This document shows, one piece after another, positions 22,708 to 36,099 of a stretch of 64,000 bases of DNA. The DNA is taken from NCBI GenBank assembly GCA_902525915.1, contig CABZJF010000005.1:25713-89712 (forward strand). Direction: 5' to 3'. Both the position numbers and the translations under genes were made by a program. The notes below the pieces were generated by a model that was not told the DNA's origin, ran no database searches, and saw only the letters and a list, made by a program, of their open reading frames with translations. The stretch is from Paracoccaceae bacterium. Its GTDB lineage: Bacteria > Pseudomonadota > Alphaproteobacteria > Rhodobacterales > Rhodobacteraceae. The first letter of the stretch is position 1. Every line of letters begins with the position of its first letter.

Positions 22708-22863
22708 CGGAATATATTTTTTCTAAAATTACAATTTTAACTAATAGCGAGAGTATCTAGTTTTCAGATATCAAAATATACTCTAAAAATCTACACTAGC
22801 ATTCTTGTAAAACTTTGAAATTAGCGTTTCACTACCCTAAAAAACGCGATAGACCTTTATAAA

Positions 22864-23958
22864 ATGAGTAAGTTTGGTAACATAAATATTACACTAGATG
22901 AGCGTGTTTCCAGGATCTACACAGATCTGCGTCTGGGCATACCAGTAATCATTCGTGCGGAAGATGAACATCTTGTAGTACCAGTTGAAACTCTAAATCA
23001 GATACGTTTTGATTTATTTCGATCATTGGAAACCGACCTAAGACTTGTAGTATCGTCTCGACGAGCAAACACTCTTAAAATGTCGTCTTACGACAAAGGA
23101 TTAGCACGTATTGAAGTCCCAGCTGACCGAAATTTAGAGTGGCTTAAAGCGATGGCAGACCCATCGAAAGACCTTATTTATGGCATAAAAGGCCCTTTTG
23201 TTCAAATAAGGGGAGGTGATACCAGAGTAGAAAACTTAGGACTCTTATTGAGTAAGACCGCAAAGCTTCTACCTGCAATTTTGACGATTAATCTGAGCGC
23301 TTCAGAAATTAAGACAGATGACCTAAGTTCAATTGAAATTACCGATTTAGTATCATTTTTTGAGCAAGACCCTATTTCGCGTGAAATCATTTCTGCAAGG
23401 CTTCCAACGGAAACTGCTGAATTTGGTAAACTTCATGTCTTCAGACCTGAATTGGACGATCCAGAACATTATGCCATGGAGTTTGGAGAAATAGATAGAA
23501 ATAGTCCTGTGCTTGTGAGAATACATTCCGCATGTTTTACGGGTGATATACTGGGAAGCCTGAAATGTGATTGTGGAGCGCAATTGAATGAGGCTACACG
23601 TCAAATAAATATGAATGGTTCGGGTGTTCTTCTCTATCTTAATCAAGAGGGGAGAGGTATTGGGCTTGCTAACAAGATGCGCGCCTACGCTTTACAGGAC
23701 GAAGGCTTTGATACAGTTGAAGCCAACCATCGCCTGGGCTTCGAAGACGACGAACGCAATTTTAAAATAGGAGCCTCTATTCTAAAAGAGCTAAAGATTT
23801 ACTCAATTCGACTGATGACAAATAATCCTAAAAAAATGGAATTATTAGAAGAAAATGGTATTAGTATTTGTGAGCGGGTCGCTCTAAAAATTAAAGAGAA
23901 CAAATTCAACGCGCACTATCTTGGTACAAAAGCCAAAAAATCTGGCCATTTGTTATAA
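22864..23958 (+). CDS. ribA: GTP cyclohydrolase II with degenerate N-terminal DHBP-synthase-like domain
   Basis: RIHSACFTGD..GSLKCDCG, QEGRGIGL.NK, RLMTNNP.K. Confidence 0.93.
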   Translation: MSKFGNINITLDERVSRIYTDLRLGIPVIIRAEDEHLVVPVETLNQIRFDLFRSLETDLRLVVSSRRANTLKMSSYDKGLARIEVPADRNLEWLKAMADPSKDLIYGIKGPFVQIRGGDTRVENLGLLLSKTAKLLPAILTINLSASEIKTDDLSSIEITDLVSFFEQDPISREIISARLPTETAEFGKLHVFRPELDDPEHYAMEFGEIDRNSPVLVRIHSACFTGDILGSLKCDCGAQLNEATRQINMNGSGVLLYLNQEGRGIGLANKMRAYALQDEGFDTVEANHRLGFEDDERNFKIGASILKELKIYSIRLMTNNPKKMELLEENGISICERVALKIKENKFNAHYLGTKAKKSGHLL

Positions 23959-24461
23959 TGCTCCGTAATAAAAATCTATTTTTAACATCGCAAGGATTGA
24001 TTTGTCCGGATCGAATTATACCCGTCTCCTTTGGAAAAGGAGGTATCTCAAAACGCCCAAAGGAGCATGAGCCAACGACACCAACTGGTGAGCACACAAT
24101 TATAGGAATGCTATACCGTCCAGATAGGCTTAAAAAACCACGAGACTGGGCAATGCCGATACTTATTAATTCATTTTGGTCCAACGACGAGAGAGATCCG
24201 GATTATAATCTAATGGTCTCTTATTCAAATACGTATTGCAGAAAAAGATTACGTGTGCCAACGCCAACGTATGATCTTATTTTACTCACAGACTGGAATT
24301 GGCCACAGGCGATCAAAGGAAGAGGATCTGCATTTTTTATACACCAATGGTCAGCTAAAAAGGCACCAACCAATGGAAGTATCGCCATGTCCCGCGGGGC
24401 CCTATTTTGGCTCGCTGCAAACGTTGATTACGGTACCAAGATAACAATTAAGGTCACTTAG
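23958..24461 (+). CDS. L,D-transpeptidase (YkuD-like) family protein, catalytic Cys replaced by Ser
   Basis: GKGG....KE...TPTG, YRPDR, W..D..DPDYN, YDL....DWN, GRGSA.FIH...PTNGS. Confidence 0.82.
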   Translation: MLRNKNLFLTSQGLICPDRIIPVSFGKGGISKRPKEHEPTTPTGEHTIIGMLYRPDRLKKPRDWAMPILINSFWSNDERDPDYNLMVSYSNTYCRKRLRVPTPTYDLILLTDWNWPQAIKGRGSAFFIHQWSAKKAPTNGSIAMSRGALFWLAANVDYGTKITIKVT

Positions 24462-25104
24462 GACGTGATCCAAAGATAGCTGACCCTACTCGAACATGCG
24501 TTGCGCCGAAAGATATCGCCTTCTCAAAATCATCGGACATACCCATTGATAAGCCGGTTAATCCATTATTATCGGCCAGTTTTTTTAATAGGGCGAAATG
24601 TAAACTAACTTCCTCATCTACTGGAGGGATGGTCATCAAGCCCAGAATCGGAAGATCCTTCGCCCTGCAATCATTAACAAAACTTTCCAAATCCTTTACC
24701 ATAACACCGGCCTTCTGAATTTCCGCGCCAGTGTTAACCTGAATGAATAATTCCGGACATTTGCCAAGATCTTGGGCTAATCGCGCGATAGTATTTGCCA
24801 GCTTTGGGCGATCAAGCGAATGAATACAGTCAAATAGCTCAATAGCTTGCCGTGCCTTATTTGTCTGTAAGGGACCAAGCATATGTAATTTCAGTTGGGT
24901 GTGATTTTCTCGCCAAGTTGACCACTTGGCTGCTGCTTCTTGTACGTAATTCTCACCAAATTCACGGTGCCCAGCTTCGAGAACTCTTAAAACACGCTCA
25001 CTTGGCTGTAATTTTGATACAGCAATTAAAGAAGTAGAATTCAAAGGTTTTGAATATTTCTCCTCTGCATCAGCTATTCTTGATTTTATATCAGAGAGTG
25101 ACAT
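24454..25104 (-). CDS. yggS: PLP homeostasis protein YggS/PipY
   Basis: IAVSK, FGENYVQE, LQTNK, LSMGMS.DF..AI..GATHVRVGSAIFG. Confidence 0.95.
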   Translation of the reverse strand: MSLSDIKSRIADAEEKYSKPLNSTSLIAVSKLQPSERVLRVLEAGHREFGENYVQEAAAKWSTWRENHTQLKLHMLGPLQTNKARQAIELFDCIHSLDRPKLANTIARLAQDLGKCPELFIQVNTGAEIQKAGVMVKDLESFVNDCRAKDLPILGLMTIPPVDEEVSLHFALLKKLADNNGLTGLSMGMSDDFEKAISFGATHVRVGSAIFGSRPK

Positions 25105-25160
25105 CCAGAAAACTCATAGTTAAAATTTTACCGAAATATTCAAGTTAAATAATATAAAAA

Positions 25161-25190
25161 TAAAAAAGGCGACCTAAGATAGATCGCCTT
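25161..25190 (-). terminator. Intrinsic terminator of the porin gene
   Basis: Minus strand AAGGCGATCT-ATCTT-AGGTCGCCTT hairpin running into a T tract, ~25 nt after the porin stop. Confidence 0.85.
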
Positions 25191-25214
25191 CTAACTTCGG
25201 TTCTAATTAAAGTA

Positions 25215-26030
25215 TTAGAATGAAAAACCGATTGTTGCATATGAAGTTTCAGCTTCGTTAGCGCCAGCGCTAATAGATGCGCCTCCGCCTAGATCATAGC
25301 TGATAGTTGTTTCCCATGCTTCGTTTTCGTCTGTTGAAAAACCAACTGAAGCTGCACCAGATGTATAACCTAATGAAACATCCCATGTGTCTGCGTCATC
25401 TGCTTCAATAGTAGCAGTTAATGCGCCAGCTGTGTATGTAACTTCTGCGCTTGTTGTGCCATCATCAGAAGTTACAGCGAGGCCCATGTCACCCATGTCA
25501 TAAGATACAGTTACACTTGACACGTCGCCTTCATCTGTCATAGCTGCCGAAATTCCTGCTGCTCCTACTGAGTAGCCTAAACTTGCAGACATAGCATCAG
25601 CATCGTCAACACCAGTGACTACTGAAAATGTTGCGTCGCCTACAGCGCCTGAAACTTGAATAGCACCACCGGTAAGATCGTCATCATAAAGGTTATCCTG
25701 AGAACCAGCTTCACCAATTGCAACAGTAAAACCTTCTAAGCCAATGGTGATTGTAGGATTACCGAAATCTGTGCCTTGTACATCATCCTCAAGTGGATCA
25801 AAGTCATCACGAATGTTACCTGACCCCATGTCAACAGATGACGAGAAAGATATTCCATTATCTGAAGCGCCTGAAACAGTGAAGTTCATATCCAAGCCTG
25901 AATATGTTACGAAATCTGCTCCTGCGTTGCTATGTAAACCAGCTTCTGCGCTACCTGAAATAGACACGTCTGCTGATGCGAAACCTGCTGATAGAGCCAG
26001 CGCTGATGTCGCGAGTAGAACTTTTTTCAT
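25215..26030 (-). CDS. Rhodobacter-type outer-membrane porin (start ATG 26030, 271 aa)
   Basis: RBS GAGGG; signal peptide MKKVLLATSALALSAGFASA; SG.SDNG.SF and SYDLGGGASI motifs; C-terminal Phe. Confidence 0.9.
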   Translation of the reverse strand: MKKVLLATSALALSAGFASADVSISGSAEAGLHSNAGADFVTYSGLDMNFTVSGASDNGISFSSSVDMGSGNIRDDFDPLEDDVQGTDFGNPTITIGLEGFTVAIGEAGSQDNLYDDDLTGGAIQVSGAVGDATFSVVTGVDDADAMSASLGYSVGAAGISAAMTDEGDVSSVTVSYDMGDMGLAVTSDDGTTSAEVTYTAGALTATIEADDADTWDVSLGYTSGAASVGFSTDENEAWETTISYDLGGGASISAGANEAETSYATIGFSF

Positions 26031-26295
26031 TTTTTTTCCCTCGGGTTGTAATAAACAAATTGGCCTACGACAGAATCTCCGACGCAGGAATACATTAGTT
26101 TTGACAAGTTTATGGCCCTCTGTGCAACCTAATCTCACTTCATATAGCGAGGATCAAAAAATATGATGCAGGTTTGCCACACCATAGCATCTAGCTATTC
26201 GATATAGGTTCATCATATACCGATAGCGCACCTAATAGCCGCTTGCTCAAAGTTGATGTGTATTGTAAATTTGGCTAACTGAAGTCGAGGATCCT

Positions 26296-26775
26296 ATGGA
26301 AAACCGAAAATTTATCATTTTATCATTTATAACGATTTTTTTCTTGTTCGGCTGCACAAGCGATTCTAATCTATTTGGCGAAAATAAAACTGAAGCCTAT
26401 AATTCAGAACTCCCAGCGGCAGAAGGTAATGAGCGCGAAACTATCTGGGATGTTTTTAATAGAGAGGCAACACGAGAACCAGTAAAAGTAAATAGGTATA
26501 TTTGGCAGGCAGCTTTGGACGTTTTAGATTTCATGCCAATTGAAACTATCGATCCGTTTTCAGGAGTGATCGTTAAGGGTTTTGGGGTGCCGCCTGGGGG
26601 TAAAACACAATATCGTGCAACAATATATGTGATTGATCCCGCGCTAGAAGCGAGGTCACTGAGAGTTTCAATGCAGACAAAATCTGGACCAGTTAATGCA
26701 GCTACAATGAAAGAAATAGAAAATGCGATTCTTTCCAGAGCAAGGCAAATGCGAAAGGCAGACGGATTATCATAA
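26296..26775 (+). CDS. DUF3576 lipoprotein
   Basis: Lipobox LFGC; VNRYIWQAALDVLDFMP....DPFSGVI; IENAILSRARQ; upstream of leuS. Confidence 0.85.
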   Translation: MENRKFIILSFITIFFLFGCTSDSNLFGENKTEAYNSELPAAEGNERETIWDVFNREATREPVKVNRYIWQAALDVLDFMPIETIDPFSGVIVKGFGVPPGGKTQYRATIYVIDPALEARSLRVSMQTKSGPVNAATMKEIENAILSRARQMRKADGLS

Positions 26776-26935
26776 TTTAATCGAGGAAGCTCTTCATGTA
26801 AAAACTACATTTAGCATTATGTATTTGCCAAACAATAGTACCTAAGCGAACTTTTATAATGCATATGTATGGACGCTGACTGTATTTCTATTTATCACGA
26901 AGAGAAATATCACCTCGAAGTGCAAGGAAGATTAA

Positions 26936-29494
26936 ATGGCTGCCTACAGTCCCTCTAAAATTGAGCCAAAATGGCAAAGTGCGTGGGAAGACTTAAAAGT
27001 CTTTAATTCCGAAATAGATTTAGAAAAGCCAAAATATTATGTTTTGGAAATGTTTCCGTATCCATCAGGAAGAATACACATGGGGCATGTACGCAACTAC
27101 ACCATGGGAGATTTGGTAGCGCGATACAAACTAAGCACTGGTTTTAATGTTTTGCATCCAATGGGTTGGGATGCATTTGGCATGCCAGCCGAAAATGCTG
27201 CAATGGCTTCGAACGGTCATCCAAAGGAGTGGACCTACACCAACATCTCAATAATGAAAGAGCAAATGAAACCACTCGGTTTGTCCATTGATTGGCAAAG
27301 AGAGTTTGCCACGTGCGATCCGGAGTACTATGGCCAACAACAGGCGTTATTTCTTGATTTTTTAGAAGCGGGCTTGGTTTACAGAAAAAATGCAGTTGTA
27401 AATTGGGACCCAGTAGACTTGACGGTTCTTGCCAACGAGCAAGTGGAAAATGGCCGAGGCTGGAGATCTGGGGCAGTTGTTGAAAGAAGAGAACTAACTC
27501 AATGGTTTTTTAAAATTTCAGAGTTTTCAGATGATTTGCTGGCTTCCATAGAAAAGCTAGATAACTGGCCAGCAAAAGTAAAATTGATGCAAACAAATTG
27601 GATTGGTGAATCTAAGGGTTTGGAGTTTGCATTTAAAGCGGTAAATGCACCAGATGGATTTGACAAAATTGAAGTTTACACAACTAGGCCGGATACTTTG
27701 CTTGGGGCGTCTTTTGTAGGCATATCGACAGATCACCCGCTAGCCCGAGAACTTGAAAAGGTAAATTCTAATATTGCTTCTTTCAACGCTCAGTGCAGGC
27801 AAATGTCCACATCTGAAGCTGAAATGGAAAAAGCAGAAAAAAAAGGCATCAACACAGGTATTTTAGTCACTCATCCCCTGAACCCAGACATTAAACTACC
27901 AGTTTGGATAGCAAATTTTATCCTCATGGATTATGGAACTGGTGCAATTTTCGCTTGTCCAGCGCATGATCAAAGAGATTTAGATTTTGCTCGTAAATAT
28001 CAGTTGCCTGTAATTGACACATTTTACTCTTTAGAAAACGAAGAAGCCGTAAAAAATACAGCGTTTGTTCCACCCAAATCAGAGCGGGTCAAATGGGTAA
28101 ACCATTTCACTGGCATTGATGTAGCAACTGGAGAGGAAGTAATAGATGAGACCATTCGTTTCGCTGAAAAGCAGGGTTGGGGATCAGGTGTTACCAAATA
28201 CCGACTAAGAGATTGGGGACTTAGCCGTCAAAGATACTGGGGATGTCCAATTCCAGTAGTCCATTGCGATAGGTGTGGATTGGTTGCAGAAAAGAAAGAA
28301 AACTTGCCGATCAAACTCCCCGATGATGTTAAATTTGATAAACCAGGAAACCCACTTGATAAACATGAGACTTGGCGCAAATGCAAATGTCCAGAATGTG
28401 ATGGCCCGGCATTAAGAGAAACCGACACAATGGACACCTTTGTGGACTCAAGTTGGTATTTTACAAGGTTCACGTCTTATAACTCGATAACACCCACCAA
28501 TGAAAAAGAAATAAAATATTGGATGAATGTAGATCAATATATCGGTGGTGTTGAGCATGCTATACTGCATCTTCTCTACTCTAGATTTTTTGCAAGAGCG
28601 ATGCATCACTGTGGTCACCTACCCAAAAGCGCTGTCGAGCCTTTTGACGCACTCTTCACGCAAGGAATGGTGACACATGCAATATACGAACGGGATAATG
28701 AGAATGGGCGACCGACATACTTTTACCCGGAAGAAGTAGAAATAAAAGACGGTAAAGCATTTTTAAAAAGTGATGACAGTGAAGTAAAAATCATTCCCTC
28801 AGCAAAAATGTCTAAATCCAAAAATAATGTTGTAGACCCTGTAGCTATAATTGATGCGTTTGGCGCAGATACTGCTCGCTGGTTTGTGCTGTCCGACAGC
28901 CCTCCAGAGAGAGATGTAGAGTGGACAGCATCTGGTGTAGAAGCCGCTAACAGACATTTGACCCGCGTTTATAAAATTGTTTCAGAAATAATCAAAGATG
29001 ACACTCCTAAGAATGAAAGCGATACAAGTCTTACGAAAGAGACACATAAAGCAATTCACGATGTTACAATGGAACTAGAGTCGTTTGGCTTTAACTCAGC
29101 AATAGCAAGGCTCTACAGATTTACAAATATCCTAGCTAAGTCAAAAGCAGGTGCTGATGCCAAGCAAGCTGCTGCAAAGGCTCTAGTTCAACTAATGGGG
29201 CCAATGACTCCCCATTTAGCGGAAGAGCTGTGGGCGGACTTAGGTGGAGACGGTCTTGTCGTTTCTGCCGATTGGCCAAAAGCTGATCCAAATTTTTTGA
29301 TTGATGATGAAATAACTTTACCTGTACAAATTAATGGTAAGCGACGAACAGAGATTACTGTTCCACAGGACACTGATCTTGCCGAAATAGAAAAAATTAC
29401 TCTTCGCTCTGAAGCAGTAGTTAAAGCATTGAATGGCAATACACCTAAAAAAATAATCGTAGTGCCAGGACGAATTGTAAATGTTGTTGTTTAA
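26936..29494 (+). CDS. leuS: Leucine--tRNA ligase
   Basis: MFPYPSG.IHMGH, YTTRPDT editing domain, KMSKS. Confidence 0.98.
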   Translation: MAAYSPSKIEPKWQSAWEDLKVFNSEIDLEKPKYYVLEMFPYPSGRIHMGHVRNYTMGDLVARYKLSTGFNVLHPMGWDAFGMPAENAAMASNGHPKEWTYTNISIMKEQMKPLGLSIDWQREFATCDPEYYGQQQALFLDFLEAGLVYRKNAVVNWDPVDLTVLANEQVENGRGWRSGAVVERRELTQWFFKISEFSDDLLASIEKLDNWPAKVKLMQTNWIGESKGLEFAFKAVNAPDGFDKIEVYTTRPDTLLGASFVGISTDHPLARELEKVNSNIASFNAQCRQMSTSEAEMEKAEKKGINTGILVTHPLNPDIKLPVWIANFILMDYGTGAIFACPAHDQRDLDFARKYQLPVIDTFYSLENEEAVKNTAFVPPKSERVKWVNHFTGIDVATGEEVIDETIRFAEKQGWGSGVTKYRLRDWGLSRQRYWGCPIPVVHCDRCGLVAEKKENLPIKLPDDVKFDKPGNPLDKHETWRKCKCPECDGPALRETDTMDTFVDSSWYFTRFTSYNSITPTNEKEIKYWMNVDQYIGGVEHAILHLLYSRFFARAMHHCGHLPKSAVEPFDALFTQGMVTHAIYERDNENGRPTYFYPEEVEIKDGKAFLKSDDSEVKIIPSAKMSKSKNNVVDPVAIIDAFGADTARWFVLSDSPPERDVEWTASGVEAANRHLTRVYKIVSEIIKDDTPKNESDTSLTKETHKAIHDVTMELESFGFNSAIARLYRFTNILAKSKAGADAKQAAAKALVQLMGPMTPHLAEELWADLGGDGLVVSADWPKADPNFLIDDEITLPVQINGKRRTEITVPQDTDLAEIEKITLRSEAVVKALNGNTPKKIIVVPGRIVNVVV

Positions 29495-29984
29495 TAAACA
29501 AAATTATCTTCTTGCTTTACTATTTGGCGTGTTCATAGCTAGTTGCGCTTTTGAACCGGCTTGGATAGCCAAAGACAATAAAATAAAAATTCTATGGCAA
29601 AGCGTAGATTTAAGGCAACCGATAACAAGTAACGAGTTCCACTTAAACCGTTATTTAGCGTCAAGGATTGGGGATGCCGAGGATGCAGAGTTTTTCTTGG
29701 AATACGAACTATTTACGGAAACCAAACGAACTGCATTATCATTCGATGGAAAAGCATATCGAATTCGCGTTCTAGGTGAAGTAAAATTTAGTTTACTTAA
29801 TAGTGAAAAAGATACAATTCTGTTGAGTTCGAGCGTAAAGGATAGCCTTGGCTACTCAGACGCGATATTGGCAGTAACTGACCAAGCCTCCGAACGCGAT
29901 GCCTACAAACGTTTGATGGTGTTACTTGGAGATAGAATAGTGGACGAATTACTAAGTTCTAAGATTATGAACGATGAAACTTAA
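29481..29984 (+). CDS. lptE: LPS assembly lipoprotein LptE
   Basis: Lipobox IASC-AFEP; leuS-lptE-holA synteny. Confidence 0.8.
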   Translation: MLLFNKQNYLLALLFGVFIASCAFEPAWIAKDNKIKILWQSVDLRQPITSNEFHLNRYLASRIGDAEDAEFFLEYELFTETKRTALSFDGKAYRIRVLGEVKFSLLNSEKDTILLSSSVKDSLGYSDAILAVTDQASERDAYKRLMVLLGDRIVDELLSSKIMNDET

Positions 29985-30999
29985 TCCACGGGAACTTTCA
30001 AAGCTTGTAGAAAAACCTGATCCAACTCTAGCGGCAGTTCTTTTTTACGGATCTGACACAATGCGCGTGGCATTGAAACGTCAAGAGTATTTGGAAAACC
30101 TACTGGGTCCAAATGCTGAACAGGAAATGCGGTTAACTAGATTTACAGGAGACGACATTCTTAAAGATCGTACAGTTGTTTTTGATACTGTAAAGTCGGT
30201 CGGCTTCTTCCCCGGCCAACGTGCTGTATTGATTGAAAATACCTCCGATAAAACATCAAAGATTATTATTGAATGCCTTGAAGCATGGAATAAAACTGAT
30301 GCACACATCGTAGTTACCAGTGGACTGTTAAGGCCGACCTCTCAGTTACGAAAAGCCTTTGAAACCTTTCATAATACAATCGCTGCACCGATTTACGATA
30401 ATCCATTAACCGAGATGGAAATTAAGAAAGAATTGACGAGAGCTGGAATCCAAATGCATGGCACAGGTATTATGGACTCCTTGTATAATCTTTCAAAAGA
30501 ATTAGAGCCTGGGGACTTTCGTAATACGCTTGAAAAAATTTACCTGTATAAATTAAGCGATAAATCTCCACTAACCGCAAAAGACATTTCTGTGTGCAGC
30601 CCAATTTCTGCTGAGGCCAATCTAGAACAGATAATTCATGCAGTATCAGATGGGAAGATTGACAAAATTAATCATATTTTAAATCGGCTCGAGGCACAAG
30701 GCGTTCAGCCTGTTACGCTATGTCTTTCATTTCAACGGCATTTCAAACTGCTGCTAAATCTTAAAAACCACGGAGGAACTCCACTAGAGGCAATCTCAAG
30801 TTATAAGCCTCCCATATTCGGCCCTAAGCGTGATGCTATTATAAACCAACTAAAACTTTGGAACGAAGAAACTTTAAAGATCGCTCTGTCTTTTTTTGTT
30901 GAGCTCAATTTAGATTTAAGGTCGGCGACCAGCCGTTACCCATCTCTAGCAATTACAGAACGAGTTTTAATTCGAGTGGCAATGATTGCTAGACGATAA
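29974..30999 (+). CDS. holA: DNA polymerase III subunit delta
   Basis: LFYGSD.MRVALKRQ, EQEMRLTR, GFFPG, PPIFGPKRD; synteny. Confidence 0.9.
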   Translation: MKLNPRELSKLVEKPDPTLAAVLFYGSDTMRVALKRQEYLENLLGPNAEQEMRLTRFTGDDILKDRTVVFDTVKSVGFFPGQRAVLIENTSDKTSKIIIECLEAWNKTDAHIVVTSGLLRPTSQLRKAFETFHNTIAAPIYDNPLTEMEIKKELTRAGIQMHGTGIMDSLYNLSKELEPGDFRNTLEKIYLYKLSDKSPLTAKDISVCSPISAEANLEQIIHAVSDGKIDKINHILNRLEAQGVQPVTLCLSFQRHFKLLLNLKNHGGTPLEAISSYKPPIFGPKRDAIINQLKLWNEETLKIALSFFVELNLDLRSATSRYPSLAITERVLIRVAMIARR

Positions 31000-31001
31000 A
31001 A

Positions 31002-31400
31002 CTATTTAAATCCTAGATTTTCACCCAAGATATTAAAATCGGATAAAGATTTTGCTGCCATATCAACTGCATCGCCAGCCATATTAGCTCTTGCTGAATC
31101 CAGCGCCGTCTGTGCTGCTGCAACAAGTTCGTCAAACATTTTTCTATCAAAATCAGCTTTCAACACGGCTCTCTCGGCCAGAACCGATACAGTTTCACCC
31201 AATTCCGCAAAACCGCCGGTTACAACATACTCACTGGCACCCTTTTCTTGAACCACGCGTAGAATTCCAGGGCGCAGTGTTGTTATTAATGGAGCATGGT
31301 TAGCCATGGCTGTCATATCCCCATCTGAACCTGGGATCTCTACTGATACTGCCTCTGAAGAAAACAAAAGTTTTTCTGGACTGACTACATCTACTTGCAT
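31002..31400 (-). CDS. atpC: F1 ATP synthase epsilon subunit
   Basis: VSPEK, IPG.DGDM...NHAP.ITTLRPG, GGFAE. Confidence 0.95.
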   Translation of the reverse strand: MQVDVVSPEKLLFSSEAVSVEIPGSDGDMTAMANHAPLITTLRPGILRVVQEKGASEYVVTGGFAELGETVSVLAERAVLKADFDRKMFDELVAAAQTALDSARANMAGDAVDMAAKSLSDFNILGENLGFK

Positions 31401-31426
31401 TGTTTTTACAATAATTCCCTAGCTAT

Positions 31427-33747
<2,321 letters not shown>

Positions 33748-33759
33748 AACCGAATCCCC

Positions 33760-35298
33760 TTAAGAAAAATCTGCCGTGTATTCATCCAAGGCTGAACGGA
33801 TTTTATCTTCAACTTCACCTTTTATTTTAGGATCATCATTCGTAATATAATCTAACAACCCGCCATGCTTACCCCTTAGATGCGCCAACAAACCTGTCTC
33901 AAAAGCGCCGACTTGATTTACATCAACTTTGTCCAAGTAACCGTTTGTCCCCGCATATATCAAACAAACAATCTCAGCATTGGTTAGAGGTGAATACTGC
34001 GCTTGCTTCATAAGTTCTGTAAGCCGAGCACCACGGTTTAATAACTGTTGGGTGGCTGCATCTAAATCTGATCCAAATTGTGCAAATGCAGCCATTTCAC
34101 GATACTGCGCCAAGGATAATTTCACTGGTCCCGCAACTGATTTCATAGCATTCGTTTGAGCAGATGATCCCACTCGAGATACTGATAGCCCGGTATTAAC
34201 TGCAGGGCGTATACCTTGATAAAACAACTCAGTTTCAAGAAAGATCTGACCGTCAGTAATGGAAATAACATTTGTAGGAATAAACGCCGAAACGTCCCCA
34301 CCCTGCGTTTCAATCACCGGCAAAGCTGTTAAAGAACCAGCTCCATTGTCTTCATTTAATTTCGCCGATCTCTCAAGCAAACGTGAGTGCAAGTAGAAAA
34401 CATCTCCCGGATAGGCCTCTCGTCCCGGTGGCCGTCTTAACAACAATGACATTTGACGGTAAGCAACTGCTTGTTTGGACAAGTCATCATAGATGATAAG
34501 AGCATGTCTGCCGTTATCACGAAAATATTCCGCCATAGATGTGGCTGAATAAGGTGCCAAAAACTGCATAGGGGCTGGATCAGATGCAGTTGCAGCAACC
34601 ACAATTGAATATTCAATCGCACCACTTTCTTCCAGTTTTTTTACAAGCTGTGCAACTGTTGATCTTTTCTGACCCACCGCGACATAGATGCAATATAATT
34701 TTTTACTCTCATCGTCTCCTGCAGCATCATTATAGCTTTTCTGATTAAGAATGGTATCCAAAGCTACTGCTGTTTTACCCGTTTGACGGTCTCCAATGAT
34801 TAACTCTCGTTGTCCTCTACCAATGGGTATCATCGCATCAACGGACTTGAGACCCGTCGCCATGGGTTCATGTACTGATTTGCGAGGAATAATACCAGGA
34901 GCCTTAACATCCGCTACTCTACGCTCCACCCCCTTGATTGGGCCCTTTCCATCTAGAGGGTTTCCTAGACCATCCACAACGCGGCCCAGAAGGGAATCAC
35001 CCGCTGGAACGTCCACGATCGAATTAGTTCGCTTTACTACATCGCCTTCTTTGATGTCCCGGTCAGACCCAAAAATAACGACACCGACATTGTCACTTTC
35101 CAAATTTAGAGCCATACCACGAATTCCCCCTGGGAACTCAACCATTTCACCAGCCTGAACGTTATCAAGGCCGTGAACCCTGGCAATACCGTCACCCACT
35201 GACAAAACGCGCCCGATTTCTGAAACCTCAGTCTCCTGACCGAAATTCTTTATTTGATCTTTCAAAATGGCAGATATTTCTGCAGCTTGGATACCCAT
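33760..35298 (-). CDS. atpA: F1 ATP synthase alpha subunit
   Basis: [29 protein letters not shown]. Confidence 0.99.
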   Translation of the reverse strand: MGIQAAEISAILKDQIKNFGQETEVSEIGRVLSVGDGIARVHGLDNVQAGEMVEFPGGIRGMALNLESDNVGVVIFGSDRDIKEGDVVKRTNSIVDVPAGDSLLGRVVDGLGNPLDGKGPIKGVERRVADVKAPGIIPRKSVHEPMATGLKSVDAMIPIGRGQRELIIGDRQTGKTAVALDTILNQKSYNDAAGDDESKKLYCIYVAVGQKRSTVAQLVKKLEESGAIEYSIVVAATASDPAPMQFLAPYSATSMAEYFRDNGRHALIIYDDLSKQAVAYRQMSLLLRRPPGREAYPGDVFYLHSRLLERSAKLNEDNGAGSLTALPVIETQGGDVSAFIPTNVISITDGQIFLETELFYQGIRPAVNTGLSVSRVGSSAQTNAMKSVAGPVKLSLAQYREMAAFAQFGSDLDAATQQLLNRGARLTELMKQAQYSPLTNAEIVCLIYAGTNGYLDKVDVNQVGAFETGLLAHLRGKHGGLLDYITNDDPKIKGEVEDKIRSALDEYTADFS

Positions 35299-35858
35299 TA
35301 CCCGACCTCTTTCATAACAGTTTGAAGGGAATTCAGTTTAGATCGAATTGAAGTATCTATCATTTTCGATCCAACTTTAATTACAATACCACCGATGATT
35401 GATTCATCAACGGATGCATTGATCTTAATCTTTTTACCTACCCGATCTTCGATAGCTTTTGCTACTTTGTCAGATTGCGCCTTGGTTAAACTTTTTGCGC
35501 TTACTACATCAGCAGTGATTTCACCTTTATGCTCAGCAATTAAAGCTTCGAGCTGCCGTAGAAATGAATCCAAAACAAATAGACGTCTTTTCGATGCCAT
35601 AAGAGCCAAAGTGTTTGTGAGATTCAACAGCAAATCCATTTTATTACCAATAGCTACAATAGCACCCTTCTGCTCATCCCTAGTGTACATGGGCGAGCTA
35701 ATAAGATCCCTTAGTTCCTGGCTGTCTTCTAAAGCACTAGCTAAACTTTTAACGTCAGTTTCTAACTTAGCCACTTCATTAGATTCCAGAACCAAATCGA
35801 AAATAGCTTTTGCATAGCGCGAAGCAACACCTATAGAAATTGAAGCTGTTTCAGACAC
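35298..35858 (-). CDS. atpH: F1 ATP synthase delta subunit (GTG start)
   Basis: [15 protein letters not shown]...KVGS.MID.S. Confidence 0.96.
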   Translation of the reverse strand: MSETASISIGVASRYAKAIFDLVLESNEVAKLETDVKSLASALEDSQELRDLISSPMYTRDEQKGAIVAIGNKMDLLLNLTNTLALMASKRRLFVLDSFLRQLEALIAEHKGEITADVVSAKSLTKAQSDKVAKAIEDRVGKKIKINASVDESIIGGIVIKVGSKMIDTSIRSKLNSLQTVMKEVG

Positions 35859-36099
35859 GTTTTACCTTTCGGCTTAGTTATGCGCCAAATACTCTCAATT
35901 TGACGCCGTTCCTCTAACTCGTTTCAGAACAAATTGAAATCGAAGCGGTATTAGCAGAGCTAATCGGTTCTAGCAACATGCTAAAATGGATTTAATTGCG
36001 CTAAATTCCGATAATTTACCTTGTTAGCGTTTTTACATTACTAATTGGGTGGGGGCTTGAGATGATTTTGATATATGATTCTTGAAATAAAGCAGCAGC

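Noticed and set aside
26031-26138. 36-aa N-terminal extension of the porin ORF (similar extensions on nth, gloB, the YadG-like ATPase and the SLT gene)
   Set aside because: The signal peptide or family homology begins at the downstream ATG, with an RBS in the porin and SLT cases
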